Below are positions 26,024 to 37,612 of a DNA stretch of 64,000 nucleotides, piece after piece. The notes below the pieces were generated by a model that worked only from the letters and a program-made list of their open reading frames with translations, was not told the DNA's origin and did no database searches. The first letter of the stretch is position 1; every line of letters begins with the position of its first letter. The translations under genes were made by a program, and so were the position numbers. Origin of the DNA: Candidatus Udaeobacter sp. (GTDB lineage Bacteria; Verrucomicrobiota; Verrucomicrobiia; Chthoniobacterales; UBA10450); contig DATFXP010000018.1 of the NCBI GenBank assembly GCA_035315785.1, forward strand, positions 576 to 64,575. The letters are read 5' to 3'.

Positions 26024-29000
26024 TTAACCAATCGCAGGTTGCGGTTCAGCTTCGTCCATCACTGGCGCGCCGACCGGTTCACCTTTTTCCACCAGCTTAA
26101 GCTGGCGATGTTCCGGGAACCCGGTTCCGGCAGGAATTAAGTGACCCATGATCACGTTTTCCTTGAAGCCGCGCAGCCTATCGATTTTGCCCAGCGTAGC
26201 CGCTTCAGTGAGCACACGAGTGGTATCCTGGAACGAAGCCGCAGAAATGAAGCTATCGGTTTCCAAAGAAGCCTTGGTGATGCCAAGCAGGACCGGAACA
26301 GCCTCCGCAGGCTTACCGCCTTTCTCCACGACTTTTTTGTTCTCTTCTTCGAAGTCGAGTTTATCTACCTGATCGCCCCAGAGTAACGACGTATCGCCAG
26401 GATCAGTGATCTTCACCTTGCGCAACATTTGGCGCACGATGATCTCAATGTGCTTGTCATTGATCTCCACGCCTTGCAGCCGATACACCTCTTGCACTTC
26501 GTTCACCAAGTGCTCCTGCAACTCCTGCGGACCGCACACTTCCAGAATCTCGTGCGGCACAATGGGCCCTTCGGTCAGTTGTTGACCTTTCTTCACGTAA
26601 TCGCCTTTGAATACGATGATGTGCTTGGTAAGCGGAATCAGATGCTCTTCCTCAGCGCCGGTGTCCGGATCTTTCAGAACCAAACTCCGTTTGCCGCGTA
26701 CGGTGCCGCCGAACTCGACGACGCCGTCGATTTTGGCGATCTCAGCCGCATCTTTCGGCCGTCGAGCTTCGAACAATTCCGCAACCCGCGGTAGACCGCC
26801 CGTGATATCCTTTGTCTTTGCGACTTTACGTGGGGTTTTCGCCAGCAACGCGCCTGCGCGCACTTTCTGGCCTTCCTCGACGATGACGTGAGCGCCAGCG
26901 GGAATTGAATAGCTCGCGAGCATTTCCTTCTTGTCGCCGACAATAACCACTTGCGGGTGGAGGTCTTCCTTGTGCTCGATGACCATAGTGCCCATGAGAC
27001 CGGTCGCTTCATCGACTTCACGTTTAATCGTCACTCCCGCAATCATGTCACGGAATTCGATCTTTCCGCCTTTGTCAGTAAGGATCGGCACGTTGTACGG
27101 ATCCCATTGCACGAAGGTTTCGCCTTTCTTTACAGTGGCGCCGTCTTCCCTGGAAATCACCGAGCCGATGACGATGTTGTAGCGCTCCAGTTCGCGACCC
27201 TCATCATTATTTACGCTAATCGAGCCGTTCTTGTTCAACACAATCCAGCTTCCGTCGAGTGCCTGCACAGTTCGCAAATCATTGAACTGCACCGTGCCAT
27301 CATTCTTGGCCTTAATAATCGGCTGCTTAAATGTCTGGCTGGCCGTTCCTCCAATGTGGAACGTCCGCATCGTTAACTGCGTTCCCGGTTCGCCGATGGA
27401 CTGCGCAGCAATAATACCGACCGCTTCACCGAGCTTCACAAAGTCACCGGTGGCGAGGTTGCGACCGTAACACTTCGCGCACACGCCCCGTCCGCACTCG
27501 CATGTAAGCACCGACCGGATCTTGAGTTGTTCGACACCGATGCGTTGCAAATCGGCTGCGATCTTCTCGTCGATGTATTGGTTTGCCTTGACGATCTTTT
27601 TCTTTTTGTCCACCGGATCGGCGATTGTTTCGCAGCTCACACGCCCAATGATGCGCTGGCCAAGGTCGACAACTTCTTCGTCGCCCTCATAAATCGAGCG
27701 CACCACGATGCCGTTTACGGTTCCGCAATCGTCCGCAACGATGATCACATCTTGGGCCGCATCCACTAGTTTGCGGGTGAGATAACCGGAGTCGGCGGTT
27801 TTCAGCGCCGTATCGGCGAGACCTTTGCGCGCGCCGTGAGTGGAAATGAAGTACTCCAATACGGTCAAGCCTTCCCGGAAATTTGAGGTAATCGGACGCT
27901 CGATGATTTCGCCGCTCGGCTTGGCCATCAAACCGCGCATGCCGGCGAGCTGCCGCACTTGCTGGCGATTGCCGCGCGCGCCGGAATCAACCATCAAATG
28001 GATCGGATTGAACTCCTTGCGATCCTGGTTTTCCTCGATCTCACGGAACATCACGTTGGAGATTTGATCCCCCGCGTGCGTCCAGATATCGATGATTTTG
28101 TTGTACCGTTCTCCGTCGGTGATAATTCCGCGGCGATACTGCTGGTCGACCTGTTTGACCTGCTTATATGCATTCTCCAACTCGGATTCTTTCCGCTTGG
28201 GAATGATCATGTCCTCGATGCCAATCGAGATACCAGCCCGAGTGGCTTCCTTGAAGCCGAGCTCTTTCAGTTTATCGAGCGTAGCAACCGTAACTGCGGG
28301 GCCGGCGATTTGATAGCAGCGCCAAATAATGTCGCTGAGTTGTTTCTTGCCTGCTGCTTTATTGAAGAAACCAAGTTCTTTCGGCCAAATTTGATTAAAA
28401 ATGACGCGACCAGCAGTTGTCTCGATTACGGTGGCATCGGGGTTGCCAAGGTTTGTTTGTCGTCCGCGATCGGGATTCTTAAATAAAATCCGATCGTGCG
28501 TCTTGATGGTACCTTCGACCATCGCGAATTCGACTTCGGACGCGTCGGCAAATAGCGGTAGATGACGACCATCCTTCTTCGGCATCCGCGGATTTTGTGT
28601 GATGTAATAGCAACCCAGGGTTATATCCTGACTTGGCGTAGTGATCGGTTTACCGCTGGATGGAGAGAAAATATTGTTCGGAGCGAGCATGAGCATGCGC
28701 GCTTCCAACTGCGCCTCGACCGACAGCGGAACATGCACTGCCATTTGGTCTCCATCGAAGTCGGCGTTGTATGCGGTACAAACGAGCGGATGAATGCGAA
28801 TGGCTTCACCTTCGATCAATTGTGGCTCAAACGCTTGAATCGAAAGGCGGTGCAAAGTCGGAGCACGATTCAGGAGTACAGGATGCCCTCTTGTTACTTC
28901 GTCGAGAATGTCCCATACTTCAGGCGTCTGGCGCTCGATCATTTTCTTCGCGCTGCGCACCGTATGCACGTAGCCGAGATCCTTAAGCCGACGAATGATG

Positions 29001-30142
29001 AATGGCTCAAAAAGAACCAACGCCATTTTCTTCGGCAGACCGCATTGATTCAGCTTTAGCTCAGGGCCAATGACAATCACCGACCGGCCCGAGTAATCGA
29101 CGCGTTTGCCTAACAAGTTCTGACGGAACCGGCCGCCTTTGCCCTTGAGCATGTCGCTCAGTGATTTGAGCGGACGATTACCCGCCCCGGTAACAGCGCG
29201 ACCGTGCCTGCCGTTGTCGAACAAAGCATCGACCGCCTCCTGCAACATGCGTTTCTCGTTTCGGATGATGACATCCGGCGTCTTCAGCATCAGCAGGTTC
29301 TTGAGCCGGTTGTTACGATTGATTACCCGGCGATAGAGATCGTTCAGGTCGGAAGTAGCGAATCGTCCACCTTCCAGCGGGACCAAGGGACGCAAATCCG
29401 GTGGAATCACTGGCAGCACCTCGAGGATCATCCACTCCGGGCGTGCGCGGGAACTCTGGAAGCCTTGAACGAGCTTGAGACGTTTCGCCAGTTTCTTGCG
29501 AATCTGCTTGCTCTTTGTCGCACCCATTGCCTTCTCAAGTTCTTTGTTGAGCTTGTTGAGGTCGATTTCGGAGAGAAGTTTCTTAATCGCTTCAGCACCC
29601 ATTCCGGCAACGAAATCTTCACCGTATTGTTCCTGCGCCTCGCGGTATTCGACTTCGTTCAGCAATTGTGTTTTCTGCAACGGCGTCTTGCCAGGATCGA
29701 TGACGATGTAGTCTTCGTAGTAAATCACCCGCTCCAGCTGACGCGCGCTCATGTCTAGCATGAGCCCGATGCGTGAAGGCATGCATTTGTAAAACCAGAT
29801 GTGCGAAACCGGCACCGCCAGCTCTATGTGCCCCATCCGTTCACGACGGACACGCGCGAGTGTGACTTCCACACCGCAGCGGTCGCAGATCACGCCTTTA
29901 TGCTTGATGCGCTTGTATTTTCCGCATGAACACTCCCAGTCGCGGGTAGGCCCAAAAATTCGTTCGCAGAAAAGTCCGCCCTTCTCTGGCTTAAATGTGC
30001 GGTAGTTAATTGTCTCCGGGTTTTTAACTTCACCTTTGCTCCAAGAGCGCATGGTATCGCTTGAGGCAATTCCAATTGCGACTTGATCAAAACCTACTGG
30101 GCGTTCTTCGCCCACTAACTCACGCCAGGAATTTTCGTTCAT
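26024..30142 (-). CDS. rpoC: DNA-directed RNA polymerase subunit beta'
   Basis: 1372 aa with [12 protein letters not shown] and the Zn-finger CSCGKY...CDRCGVEV. Confidence 0.97.
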   Translation of the reverse strand: MNENSWRELVGEERPVGFDQVAIGIASSDTMRSWSKGEVKNPETINYRTFKPEKGGLFCERIFGPTRDWECSCGKYKRIKHKGVICDRCGVEVTLARVRRERMGHIELAVPVSHIWFYKCMPSRIGLMLDMSARQLERVIYYEDYIVIDPGKTPLQKTQLLNEVEYREAQEQYGEDFVAGMGAEAIKKLLSEIDLNKLNKELEKAMGATKSKQIRKKLAKRLKLVQGFQSSRARPEWMILEVLPVIPPDLRPLVPLEGGRFATSDLNDLYRRVINRNNRLKNLLMLKTPDVIIRNEKRMLQEAVDALFDNGRHGRAVTGAGNRPLKSLSDMLKGKGGRFRQNLLGKRVDYSGRSVIVIGPELKLNQCGLPKKMALVLFEPFIIRRLKDLGYVHTVRSAKKMIERQTPEVWDILDEVTRGHPVLLNRAPTLHRLSIQAFEPQLIEGEAIRIHPLVCTAYNADFDGDQMAVHVPLSVEAQLEARMLMLAPNNIFSPSSGKPITTPSQDITLGCYYITQNPRMPKKDGRHLPLFADASEVEFAMVEGTIKTHDRILFKNPDRGRQTNLGNPDATVIETTAGRVIFNQIWPKELGFFNKAAGKKQLSDIIWRCYQIAGPAVTVATLDKLKELGFKEATRAGISIGIEDMIIPKRKESELENAYKQVKQVDQQYRRGIITDGERYNKIIDIWTHAGDQISNVMFREIEENQDRKEFNPIHLMVDSGARGNRQQVRQLAGMRGLMAKPSGEIIERPITSNFREGLTVLEYFISTHGARKGLADTALKTADSGYLTRKLVDAAQDVIIVADDCGTVNGIVVRSIYEGDEEVVDLGQRIIGRVSCETIADPVDKKKKIVKANQYIDEKIAADLQRIGVEQLKIRSVLTCECGRGVCAKCYGRNLATGDFVKLGEAVGIIAAQSIGEPGTQLTMRTFHIGGTASQTFKQPIIKAKNDGTVQFNDLRTVQALDGSWIVLNKNGSISVNNDEGRELERYNIVIGSVISREDGATVKKGETFVQWDPYNVPILTDKGGKIEFRDMIAGVTIKREVDEATGLMGTMVIEHKEDLHPQVVIVGDKKEMLASYSIPAGAHVIVEEGQKVRAGALLAKTPRKVAKTKDITGGLPRVAELFEARRPKDAAEIAKIDGVVEFGGTVRGKRSLVLKDPDTGAEEEHLIPLTKHIIVFKGDYVKKGQQLTEGPIVPHEILEVCGPQELQEHLVNEVQEVYRLQGVEINDKHIEIIVRQMLRKVKITDPGDTSLLWGDQVDKLDFEEENKKVVEKGGKPAEAVPVLLGITKASLETDSFISAASFQDTTRVLTEAATLGKIDRLRGFKENVIMGHLIPAGTGFPEHRQLKLVEKGEPVGAPVMDEAEPQPAIG

Positions 30143-30172
30143 GATTTCTCCGATTAAGTGTGAAACTAAAAA

Positions 30173-33100
30173 TTAAGCGACGCTCTCCATAAAGGTGGGC
30201 GCCTGACTGCCGACCTTCACGTCAAGACCAAGGCTTTGCATTTCCTTGATCAACACGTTGAAGGATTCGGGCGTTCCAGCTTCGAGCGAATTGTCGCCCT
30301 TAACGATTGACTCGTAGATGCGGGTCCGACCTTGCACGTCGTCGGACTTAACCGTCAGCAATTCCTGCAACGTGTAGGCAGCCCCATAGGCTTCGAGTGC
30401 CCAGACTTCCATTTCGCCAAAGCGTTGGCCGCCATATTGTGCCTTTCCGCCAAGCGGCTGTTGAGTAACAAGCGAATACGGGCCCACCGCCCGCGCATGA
30501 ATCTTGTCCGCCACAAGGTGCCCAAGCTTCATCATGTAGATATGACCAACCACGACTTCCTGATCGAATGGATCGCCGGTGCGACCATCGAACAGACGCG
30601 CCTTTCCGTTTTCCTGCACCCAAGTGAAGCCCTCCTTCTTTCTGGCCTGATTCAGATAATCGCGAATTTGTTTTTCCTTGATTCCATCGAACACGGGCGT
30701 GGCCACTTTGAATCCAAGTGCTTTGGCAGCAACACCGAGGTGCGTTTCCAAAACCTGTCCCACATTCATACGGCTCGGAACGCCTAACGGATTAAGGACA
30801 ATGTCGACAGGGGTTCCATCCGGCAGAAACGGCATATCTTCCTCGGGTACGATGCGCGCCACAACGCCTTTGTTCCCGTGGCGGCCCGCCATTTTGTCGC
30901 CGACACTGAGCTTGCGCTTACTGGCAACGTAAACTTTCACCTGCTTGATGATCCCAGGTTCGACCTCCTCGCCGCTTTCTACGCGGTCCGTTGCGCGATC
31001 CCGTTCGAGTTCCAGCTCAGCAAACTTGTGTTCGTATCCGCCAATGATTTCCCGGATCCGATTCCGAATCGGGCTCGGATCGATCTCGATGTGATCGTGG
31101 GCGGTCGCCAGTTTTCGCAAGAGCGTTTTCGTGATCTTACGATTTGCCGGAATGATGATTTCACCGCTTTTGGCGTTTACGACGTCCAGCGGAATTTTTT
31201 CACCCAGGAGGACGTTGGAAAGTGAATCTGTGAGCTGCTCAATCAGTCCATCCTTCTTGCGCTTATGGTCTTCTCCAATGCTCTTGAGCTGCCGTTTGGT
31301 TTCCGCCGGAGTAAGTTTCTCGCGCGCAACTTCGCGACGGGATGACACCTTCACATCCATCACGATGCCGTAGGTACCGGAGGGCACTGTAAGGGACGTG
31401 TCCTTTACGTCGGCGGCTTTCTCGCCAAAGATGGCGCGAAGCAGACGCTCTTCCGGAGCCAGTTCCGTCTCGCTCTTTGGGGTAATTTTTCCAACCAAAA
31501 TATCGCCTGGCTTCACCTCCGCACCGACCCGCACGACGCCATCGGGACCCAGATTTCGCAAAGCTTCTTCGCTTACATTGGGGATGTCGCGCGTAATCTC
31601 TTCCGGGCCCAACTTTGTATCGCGCGCGCCGATCTCGAACTCATCGATGTGAATGGAAGTATAAATATCTTCCTTAACGACCTTCTCCGAGATCATGATC
31701 GCGTCCTCGAAGTTGTAGCCATTCCACGGCATGAACGCGACGAGCACGTTGCGGCCGAGGGCCAGTTCGCCACGATCAGTGTTCGGCCCATCGGCAATGA
31801 CTTGACCGCGCTTCACATGTTGGCCCTTGCGAACGATCGGTTTCTGATTCACGCAGGTGCCGGCGTTTGACCGCATAAATTTGCGGAGCTCGTAAACGAA
31901 AATCCCTGCGTCGGGATCGCTCTTTAGTTTCTTTTTCGACTCAGACAGATGGCCGTCCTTGGTGACGATAATTTGATCAGCCGTGACTGAAGCGACCTTG
32001 CCGCTCTCCACCGCCAGAACAACTGCGTGCGAATCGCGCGCAACTTTTTCCTCAAGACCGGTGCCGACCAGCGGCATCTCGGAAACTATCAGTGGTACCC
32101 CTTGGCGTTGCATGTTGGAACCCATCAGCGCCCGGTTCGCGTCGTCGTGTTCCAGAAACGGAATCAGGCCAGCGGCTACCGAAACCAACTGCTTCGGCGA
32201 AACATCCATGTAATTCACCTTTGACGGATCGACTTCGAGGAAATCGCCGCGATAACGCACTGAAACTTTTTCGCCGGTGAAATGGCCGCGCCCATCGATA
32301 GGTGCATTCGCCTGCGCCACGAGGAAGTTCTCTTCACGGTCAGCAGTGAGATATTCGATCTCATCGGTGACCCGACCGTTCGCGACCTTGCGATACGGTG
32401 TTTCGATAAAGCCAAATTCGTTAATGCGCGCGAAGGTGCTCATTGAGCTGATCAACCCAATGTTTGGCCCTTCGGGCGTCTCGATCGGGCAAATGCGGCC
32501 GTAGTGCGACGGATGAACGTCACGCACTTCAAATCCGGCACGCTCGCGGCTCAGACCTCCAGGACCGAGAGCGGACAAGCGGCGCTTGTGGGTCAATTCT
32601 GCGAGCGGATTCGTTTGATCCATGAACTGCGATAGCTGTGATCGTCCGAAGAAATCCCGGATAACCGCGCTAAGCGCTTTGGGATTAATCAACTTTTGCG
32701 GTGTCATGCCATCCACGTTGATGTCGAACAGAGTCATTCGCTCTTTCACAAGACGTTCCGTGCGAGCAAGACCGACCCGGCACTGATTGGCCAATAGTTC
32801 GCCCACGGTGCGGACGCGTCGGCTGCCAAGGTGGTCAATGTCATCAAGCGTGCCTTCGCCCCGTCGCAGATTGATCAAATACTTGATCGCCGCGATGAAG
32901 TCTTTGTCGGTCAGGATGCGCTCGGAAGCATCGACGTTAATCCCGAGCTTCTGATTGATCTTGTAACGGCCGACTCGGCCGAGGTCGTATTTCTTCGGAT
33001 CGAAAAAGAGTCGCTTGAGTAAAGCGCGGGCGTTGGCCACGGTCGGCGGATCGCCCGGGCGAAGACGCCGGTAAATATCTTTGAGAGCCTCTTCCTGATC

Positions 33101-33967
33101 GTGCGCCGGATCCTTTCGAAGCGCCTTTACGATCGTGTCATCGTTCGAGATGTCGATGACCTTGGCCTCGTGAATATTCAGCGCCATGATCTGGCGAACG
33201 GTCGCCAGAGTCAGAGGCTCAAATGCGCGCGCGACCGTCACGTCACCATCGCGGATGTCAGCGGTGAGTACTTTGCTGGCGAGCTGTTCTTCGTCGAGCT
33301 TGTCGCTCAGCTTCAATGTCTCGATGTTGTAAAAAAGTTTGATGACCTCCTCATCAGAGCCATAGCCGAGCGCGCGAAGGAAAGTTGTTGCGAGGAATTT
33401 TCGGCGGCGCTTCCGTCGGTCGAGGTAAATGTAAAGCAGGTCAGCCGTATCGAACTGTACCTCGATCCACGAGCCGCGGTCTGGAATGATGCGGAAACTA
33501 TAGAGCACCTTGCCGTTGACATGAACGGTGGATTCAAAGGCGATGCCGGGAGAACGATGCAATTGGCTCACCACCACACGCTCCGCACCGTTGATAACGA
33601 AGGTACCCTGCGGCGTCATGAGCGGGATCTCACCCATGTACACTTTCTCTTCCTTGGTGCCTTTTTCCTCCCGCAACTGGAACGTCACGTGCAGCGGCGC
33701 ACTGTAGGTTTGCCCTTCGCGCTGCGCTTCAAGCGGCGTCAATTTTGGTTCGCCAATATCGAAGTGGCTGAAATCAAGAACCGCCTTCTCATCGTAGCTT
33801 TCGATAGGAAAGACTTCCTTGAAAACAGCCTGGAGCCCCTGATTCTTGCGCTTCGAATAGGGAACGTCTTTTTGAAGAAAATCGACGTATGAATTTGCCT
33901 GAACCTCAATAAGGTTGGGCGGTTCGATGGCTTCCTTAATGCTTCCGAAGTAGATACGTTCCGACAT
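30173..33967 (-). CDS. rpoB: DNA-directed RNA polymerase subunit beta
   Basis: 1264 aa. The GRHGNKGVV and [15 protein letters not shown] motifs are present. Confidence 0.97.
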   Translation of the reverse strand: MSERIYFGSIKEAIEPPNLIEVQANSYVDFLQKDVPYSKRKNQGLQAVFKEVFPIESYDEKAVLDFSHFDIGEPKLTPLEAQREGQTYSAPLHVTFQLREEKGTKEEKVYMGEIPLMTPQGTFVINGAERVVVSQLHRSPGIAFESTVHVNGKVLYSFRIIPDRGSWIEVQFDTADLLYIYLDRRKRRRKFLATTFLRALGYGSDEEVIKLFYNIETLKLSDKLDEEQLASKVLTADIRDGDVTVARAFEPLTLATVRQIMALNIHEAKVIDISNDDTIVKALRKDPAHDQEEALKDIYRRLRPGDPPTVANARALLKRLFFDPKKYDLGRVGRYKINQKLGINVDASERILTDKDFIAAIKYLINLRRGEGTLDDIDHLGSRRVRTVGELLANQCRVGLARTERLVKERMTLFDINVDGMTPQKLINPKALSAVIRDFFGRSQLSQFMDQTNPLAELTHKRRLSALGPGGLSRERAGFEVRDVHPSHYGRICPIETPEGPNIGLISSMSTFARINEFGFIETPYRKVANGRVTDEIEYLTADREENFLVAQANAPIDGRGHFTGEKVSVRYRGDFLEVDPSKVNYMDVSPKQLVSVAAGLIPFLEHDDANRALMGSNMQRQGVPLIVSEMPLVGTGLEEKVARDSHAVVLAVESGKVASVTADQIIVTKDGHLSESKKKLKSDPDAGIFVYELRKFMRSNAGTCVNQKPIVRKGQHVKRGQVIADGPNTDRGELALGRNVLVAFMPWNGYNFEDAIMISEKVVKEDIYTSIHIDEFEIGARDTKLGPEEITRDIPNVSEEALRNLGPDGVVRVGAEVKPGDILVGKITPKSETELAPEERLLRAIFGEKAADVKDTSLTVPSGTYGIVMDVKVSSRREVAREKLTPAETKRQLKSIGEDHKRKKDGLIEQLTDSLSNVLLGEKIPLDVVNAKSGEIIIPANRKITKTLLRKLATAHDHIEIDPSPIRNRIREIIGGYEHKFAELELERDRATDRVESGEEVEPGIIKQVKVYVASKRKLSVGDKMAGRHGNKGVVARIVPEEDMPFLPDGTPVDIVLNPLGVPSRMNVGQVLETHLGVAAKALGFKVATPVFDGIKEKQIRDYLNQARKKEGFTWVQENGKARLFDGRTGDPFDQEVVVGHIYMMKLGHLVADKIHARAVGPYSLVTQQPLGGKAQYGGQRFGEMEVWALEAYGAAYTLQELLTVKSDDVQGRTRIYESIVKGDNSLEAGTPESFNVLIKEMQSLGLDVKVGSQAPTFMESVA

Positions 33968-34196
33968 AGTGCCTAAGCTCTCGAGCTAAACCTCACATCA
34001 GCTCCACCAAACGCGGGCCGACGCGGGCAAGATTTACCGGTTCTGGACGGGCGAAGAGCGCAAAAATGCCACCAAAACGGTGACCTGTCAAATTGACGAC
34101 CTCCGTCTCGTAGCCGGTAATATGATTTCCCTTGTTAGCGCAGGTTTAAAAATACGTCTGGCTGGCTGTAGTGGTTCTTTATTTTATTATGGATCC

Positions 34197-34231
34197 GGCG
34201 CTGCGCAACAGATTTCATGCTCTGCAGCGCC
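34197..34231 (-). terminator. Hairpin in the rplL-rpoB spacer (possible attenuator)
   Basis: GGCGCTGC / GCAGCGCC 8-bp stem with a 19-nt loop, followed on the minus strand by an A/U-rich tract that is not a clean U-run. Confidence 0.35.
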
Positions 34232-34246
34232 CAAAATTTGATTTGC

Positions 34247-34636
34247 TTATTTGATTTCGACCTTTGCGCCCGCGGCCTCGACCTTTTTCTTGATCTCATC
34301 CGCCTCCTGCTTGGTCACGCCTTCCTTGATCGTTTTCGGCGCGCCTTCTACAAGCGCTTTCGCCTCTGCGAGGCCGAGTCCTGGAACCGCGGTCCGTACC
34401 TCTTTGATCACCGCAATCTTGTTTGCGCCCATGTCTGTCAGGATCACGTCAAATGTGGTCTTTTCCTCCGCTGCTGGCGCTCCTCCCGCAGGTGCCCCCG
34501 CGGCGGGTCCGGCCGCAACGGCTGCTGGCGCGGCGGCGCTGACGCCCCATTTTTCCTCAAGCTCTTTAACCAATCCAGCAATTTCCAATACCGAAAGATT
34601 GCTGAGTTGTTCCACTAATTTATCTGTATCTGCCAT
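34247..34636 (-). CDS. rplL: 50S ribosomal protein L7/L12
   Basis: Ala-rich hinge; the C-terminal domain reads KIAVIKEVR...[12 protein letters not shown]. Confidence 0.95.
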   Translation of the reverse strand: MADTDKLVEQLSNLSVLEIAGLVKELEEKWGVSAAAPAAVAAGPAAGAPAGGAPAAEEKTTFDVILTDMGANKIAVIKEVRTAVPGLGLAEAKALVEGAPKTIKEGVTKQEADEIKKKVEAAGAKVEIK

Positions 34637-34727
34637 TTTAGTTTTTCCTCCAGTTGCCGCCTTCGAAAGCCTTCGAAGAATTAAAGCCGATAGCCATCAG
34701 CTCGGACAATTTTCGTTTTGCTTTTGC

Positions 34728-34779
34728 TTGTAGGGCAACCGCTTCGGTTGCCGCGGCAGGCGATGCGCCTGCCCTACAA
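34728..34779. repeat. Compound palindromic element in the rplJ-rplL spacer
   Basis: 10-bp inverted termini TTGTAGGGCA / TGCCCTACAA enclose two hairpins (GGCAACC-gcttc-GGTTGCC and GGCAGGCG-atg-CGCCTGCC). It shares the hairpin+CCTACAA design with 6211-6237. Confidence 0.5.
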
Positions 34780-34784
34780 ATTCT

Positions 34785-35309
34785 TCATGCCGCAGGCGCA
34801 CCCTCCTTTTCGGCTTTTGCGCTCAATAATCGTGCTAACGCAGCGCCGGGTTCGTTGAACAGACGTACTAGACGCGTCGCCGGGGACAAGAGCAGCCCCA
34901 GCAATTGCGCTTGCAAAACTTCGCGCGTCGGCAATTCCGCCAACGTTTCCAATTCCGCCGTCGAGAGCACTGAGCGATCGACAAAGCCAACCTTCAGTGC
35001 AGCCAGCTTAAACTCGGTCGCAAACGACTTAAAAATCTTAGCCACCGGCGCTACATCCGCCTCACCCGTAACAACCGCGGTTTGACCGGCCAACTGGTCA
35101 GCAACTTCTGGGAAACCCGAATTCGCCATCGCGAGTTTGAGAAAACTGTTCTTCACCACGTGCACCTCGGCACGGGCGGGCGTCAATCGACTCCGCAACT
35201 CGCTAAAGCTGGAGACCTTCATGCCGCGATAATCCGTGACGAGCACGAAAGTTGAGCGTTTCAATGCGTCGGACAACGCTGAAACAATGCTGGCTTTTTC
35301 TGGTCGCAT
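34785..35309 (-). CDS. rplJ: 50S ribosomal protein L10
   Basis: Position between rplA and rplL. The sequence is typical of L10 (...TDYRGMKVSSFSELR...). Confidence 0.9.
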   Translation of the reverse strand: MRPEKASIVSALSDALKRSTFVLVTDYRGMKVSSFSELRSRLTPARAEVHVVKNSFLKLAMANSGFPEVADQLAGQTAVVTGEADVAPVAKIFKSFATEFKLAALKVGFVDRSVLSTAELETLAELPTREVLQAQLLGLLLSPATRLVRLFNEPGAALARLLSAKAEKEGAPAA

Positions 35310-35334
35310 ATTGTCGAGCTAATTTATTCCGGTC

Positions 35335-36039
35335 TTACACTCCGCTCAGATATGGGCTTGGATCGACGCGGACGCCGGGCGACATAGTCGCACTAATTGT
35401 CACACCTTCAAGGTAGCGTCCCTTGGCCGTCGGTGGACGAGCTCGCACCACTGCTTCGATGACTGCATTCGCATTCTCTATTAGCGCGCTTTCTTCAAAA
35501 GAAAACTTTCCAACCGGAACGGCAATGTTGCCATTCTTGTCAAGCTTGAATTCGACACGGCCGGCTTTCACCTCCTGCACCGCTTTGGCAGTGTCTTCGG
35601 TGACGGTCCCCGTCCGCGGATTCGGCATCAGCCCGCGCGGACCGAGCACTTTCCCCAGTTTCCGCACTTCGGCCATTGCGGCAGGCGTAGCGATCGCCAC
35701 ATCAAAATCTTGAAAGCCTTCCTGGCATCTCTGGATCAGATCCCTCATGCCCACGAATTCCGCGCCGGCGTCTTTGGCAGCCCTTGCAGCCTCGCCTTCG
35801 GCGAAAACGAGCACTCGCACCTGTTTTCCGCTTCCGTGCGGAAGAGGGCAAGTCCCGCGCACCATCTGATCGGATTGCTTGGGATCAACCCCAAGACGAA
35901 ATGAGAGCGTCACCGTCTGATCAAATTTGGTGGGCGAGAATTTCTTCAGCGTCGTTATCGAATCGGGGAGACTGTAATTCTTCGCCCGATCGATTTGCTG
36001 CGCCGCCGCGCGATAACGTTTGCTTCGATTTGTTTGCAT
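35335..36039 (-). CDS. rplA: 50S ribosomal protein L1
   Basis: KFDQTVTLSFRLGVDPKQSDQMVRG...LGPRGLMPNP motifs. Confidence 0.93.
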   Translation of the reverse strand: MQTNRSKRYRAAAQQIDRAKNYSLPDSITTLKKFSPTKFDQTVTLSFRLGVDPKQSDQMVRGTCPLPHGSGKQVRVLVFAEGEAARAAKDAGAEFVGMRDLIQRCQEGFQDFDVAIATPAAMAEVRKLGKVLGPRGLMPNPRTGTVTEDTAKAVQEVKAGRVEFKLDKNGNIAVPVGKFSFEESALIENANAVIEAVVRARPPTAKGRYLEGVTISATMSPGVRVDPSPYLSGV

Positions 36040-36109
36040 TGTTCGGTGCAGTTCAAACGCCTGTCGCTGGATTTACAACGAGGCTCCTGCTCAATTATCC
36101 CGCTCAATC

Positions 36110-37552
36110 CTACGAGAGGGACACCGAACCTAGCGGCGATCCCCGCTTTGTCAAAGTCTCATCCGAACAAACCGCAAAGTGTATCAATCGTCTAAAGCCA
36201 GAGACGTCTAGTGAAGCACGCTTTTCGGTCTTGTCCGCTCCGGAGGGACCCTGCCGAATGATTCTGCCTTCCTTCATAACGAACGACACGCGCTCCGTTG
36301 CCGTAATGTCCGCTGTTGGATCGCCCGGCACCGCAATCACATCGGCCAGTTTTCCTTTTTCCAACGTGCCGACCTTTTGAGCAATCCCCAAAAGCTCGGC
36401 GTCATTAGCAGTCGCTGATTTCAATGCATCGATGGGGCTCATGCCCAGGTCCACCATCAACTTGAATTCCTTTGCGTTTTGCCCGTGCGGATACACCGCG
36501 GCGTCCGTTCCGAATGAAATCTTAACGCCCATCTTCACCGCATTGCGAAACATGTCGGACCGAGCGGCTGTAGCCGCCTTTGCTTTCGCCTGCAACGCCG
36601 CCGGATAATTGCCGATCTTGCCCATGATCCATTCGCTCGCCATCAGTGTGGGTGTAAGAAATGTTCCTTTCTTTTTCATCATCGCCAGCGTGTCCGGTTT
36701 CATAAAAGAGCCGTGCTCAATCGAATCGACGCCGGCTTCAATGGCCTCACGCGCAACCTGGTCGCCGTGACAATGGACGGCGACTTTTTTTCGCAATCGA
36801 TGAGATTCATCAACAAGCGCCGCAATTTCATCCGGGGTGAGTTGTGGAGTGTCGACTTCATCAGTAAGCGATAGCACGCCGCCGGAAACGGCAGCCTTGA
36901 TCACGTCTGCACCGTTCTTCACCTCAAAACGGACCGCTTTTCGAATTTCATCAGGCCCGTCAGCAATACCATCCTTGTAGTCCGGTTCGCGTCCGAAGAG
37001 AAAATCGCGAAATCCATTCGTCGGATCGAAATGTCCGCCGGTCGCTCCGATTCCCTTGGTTGCAACCAGCATTCGCGGGCCGACGACCACCCGTTTGTTG
37101 ATCGAATTTCGGAGTGCCACGTCAACAAACTCGTGACTCGCCACGAAACGACTGCCCAGGTCGCGCACTGTTGTAAACCCGGCTTCAATAGTTACACGGG
37201 CAAATTCGGTCGCTTGAATCGCCTGCTCGGACACGTTCAGGTCAAGTTCTCGCAGCCGCCGTTCATTGTAATTACCGGAGAAATCCTCGGTGAGATGCGT
37301 GTGCGCATCCATGAAACCCGGACAGAGCGTCGCATCACCAAGATCTATGACGCGTGCGCCTCCAGGAATCTGCAGGTTGCTTCCCGCGTCTACGATCTTG
37401 TCGTCCTTTATGACGACTACGCCGTTCTGGATTAGAGAGTTCGATTTACCATCAAACATTCGTGCAGCTTTGAGCACAAGTAATTCATCAGCCGCGTACG
37501 CAGACGCGCCAAAACAGAAGAGAGCCAGAACCACCCAACTCGTGATTTTCAT
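36110..37552 (-). CDS. Secreted amidohydrolase-family metallohydrolase
   Basis: Signal peptide MKITSWVVLALFCFGASAYA, the PGFMDAHTHL metal motif, and later HCHGD / IEHG. Confidence 0.75.
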   Translation of the reverse strand: MKITSWVVLALFCFGASAYAADELLVLKAARMFDGKSNSLIQNGVVVIKDDKIVDAGSNLQIPGGARVIDLGDATLCPGFMDAHTHLTEDFSGNYNERRLRELDLNVSEQAIQATEFARVTIEAGFTTVRDLGSRFVASHEFVDVALRNSINKRVVVGPRMLVATKGIGATGGHFDPTNGFRDFLFGREPDYKDGIADGPDEIRKAVRFEVKNGADVIKAAVSGGVLSLTDEVDTPQLTPDEIAALVDESHRLRKKVAVHCHGDQVAREAIEAGVDSIEHGSFMKPDTLAMMKKKGTFLTPTLMASEWIMGKIGNYPAALQAKAKAATAARSDMFRNAVKMGVKISFGTDAAVYPHGQNAKEFKLMVDLGMSPIDALKSATANDAELLGIAQKVGTLEKGKLADVIAVPGDPTADITATERVSFVMKEGRIIRQGPSGADKTEKRASLDVSGFRRLIHFAVCSDETLTKRGSPLGSVSLS

Positions 37553-37612
37553 GCCTCGCTTTAGAGGCAACCATCGACCCTTGCAAGAGAGGAATATGAA
37601 CGTGAATTCGTG

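Noticed and set aside
33101-33892. 263-aa plus-strand ORF inside rpoB, and similar ORFs across rpoB/rpoC (e.g. 28562..29059, 29204..29758)
   Set aside because: They are antisense to unambiguous RNA polymerase coding sequence, and I recognise no independent motif.
36040-36109. Tried to identify an L1 operator (23S L1-stalk mimic) upstream of rplA
   Set aside because: I could not recognise a convincing mimic by eye. It is left as a proposed computational check, not a feature.
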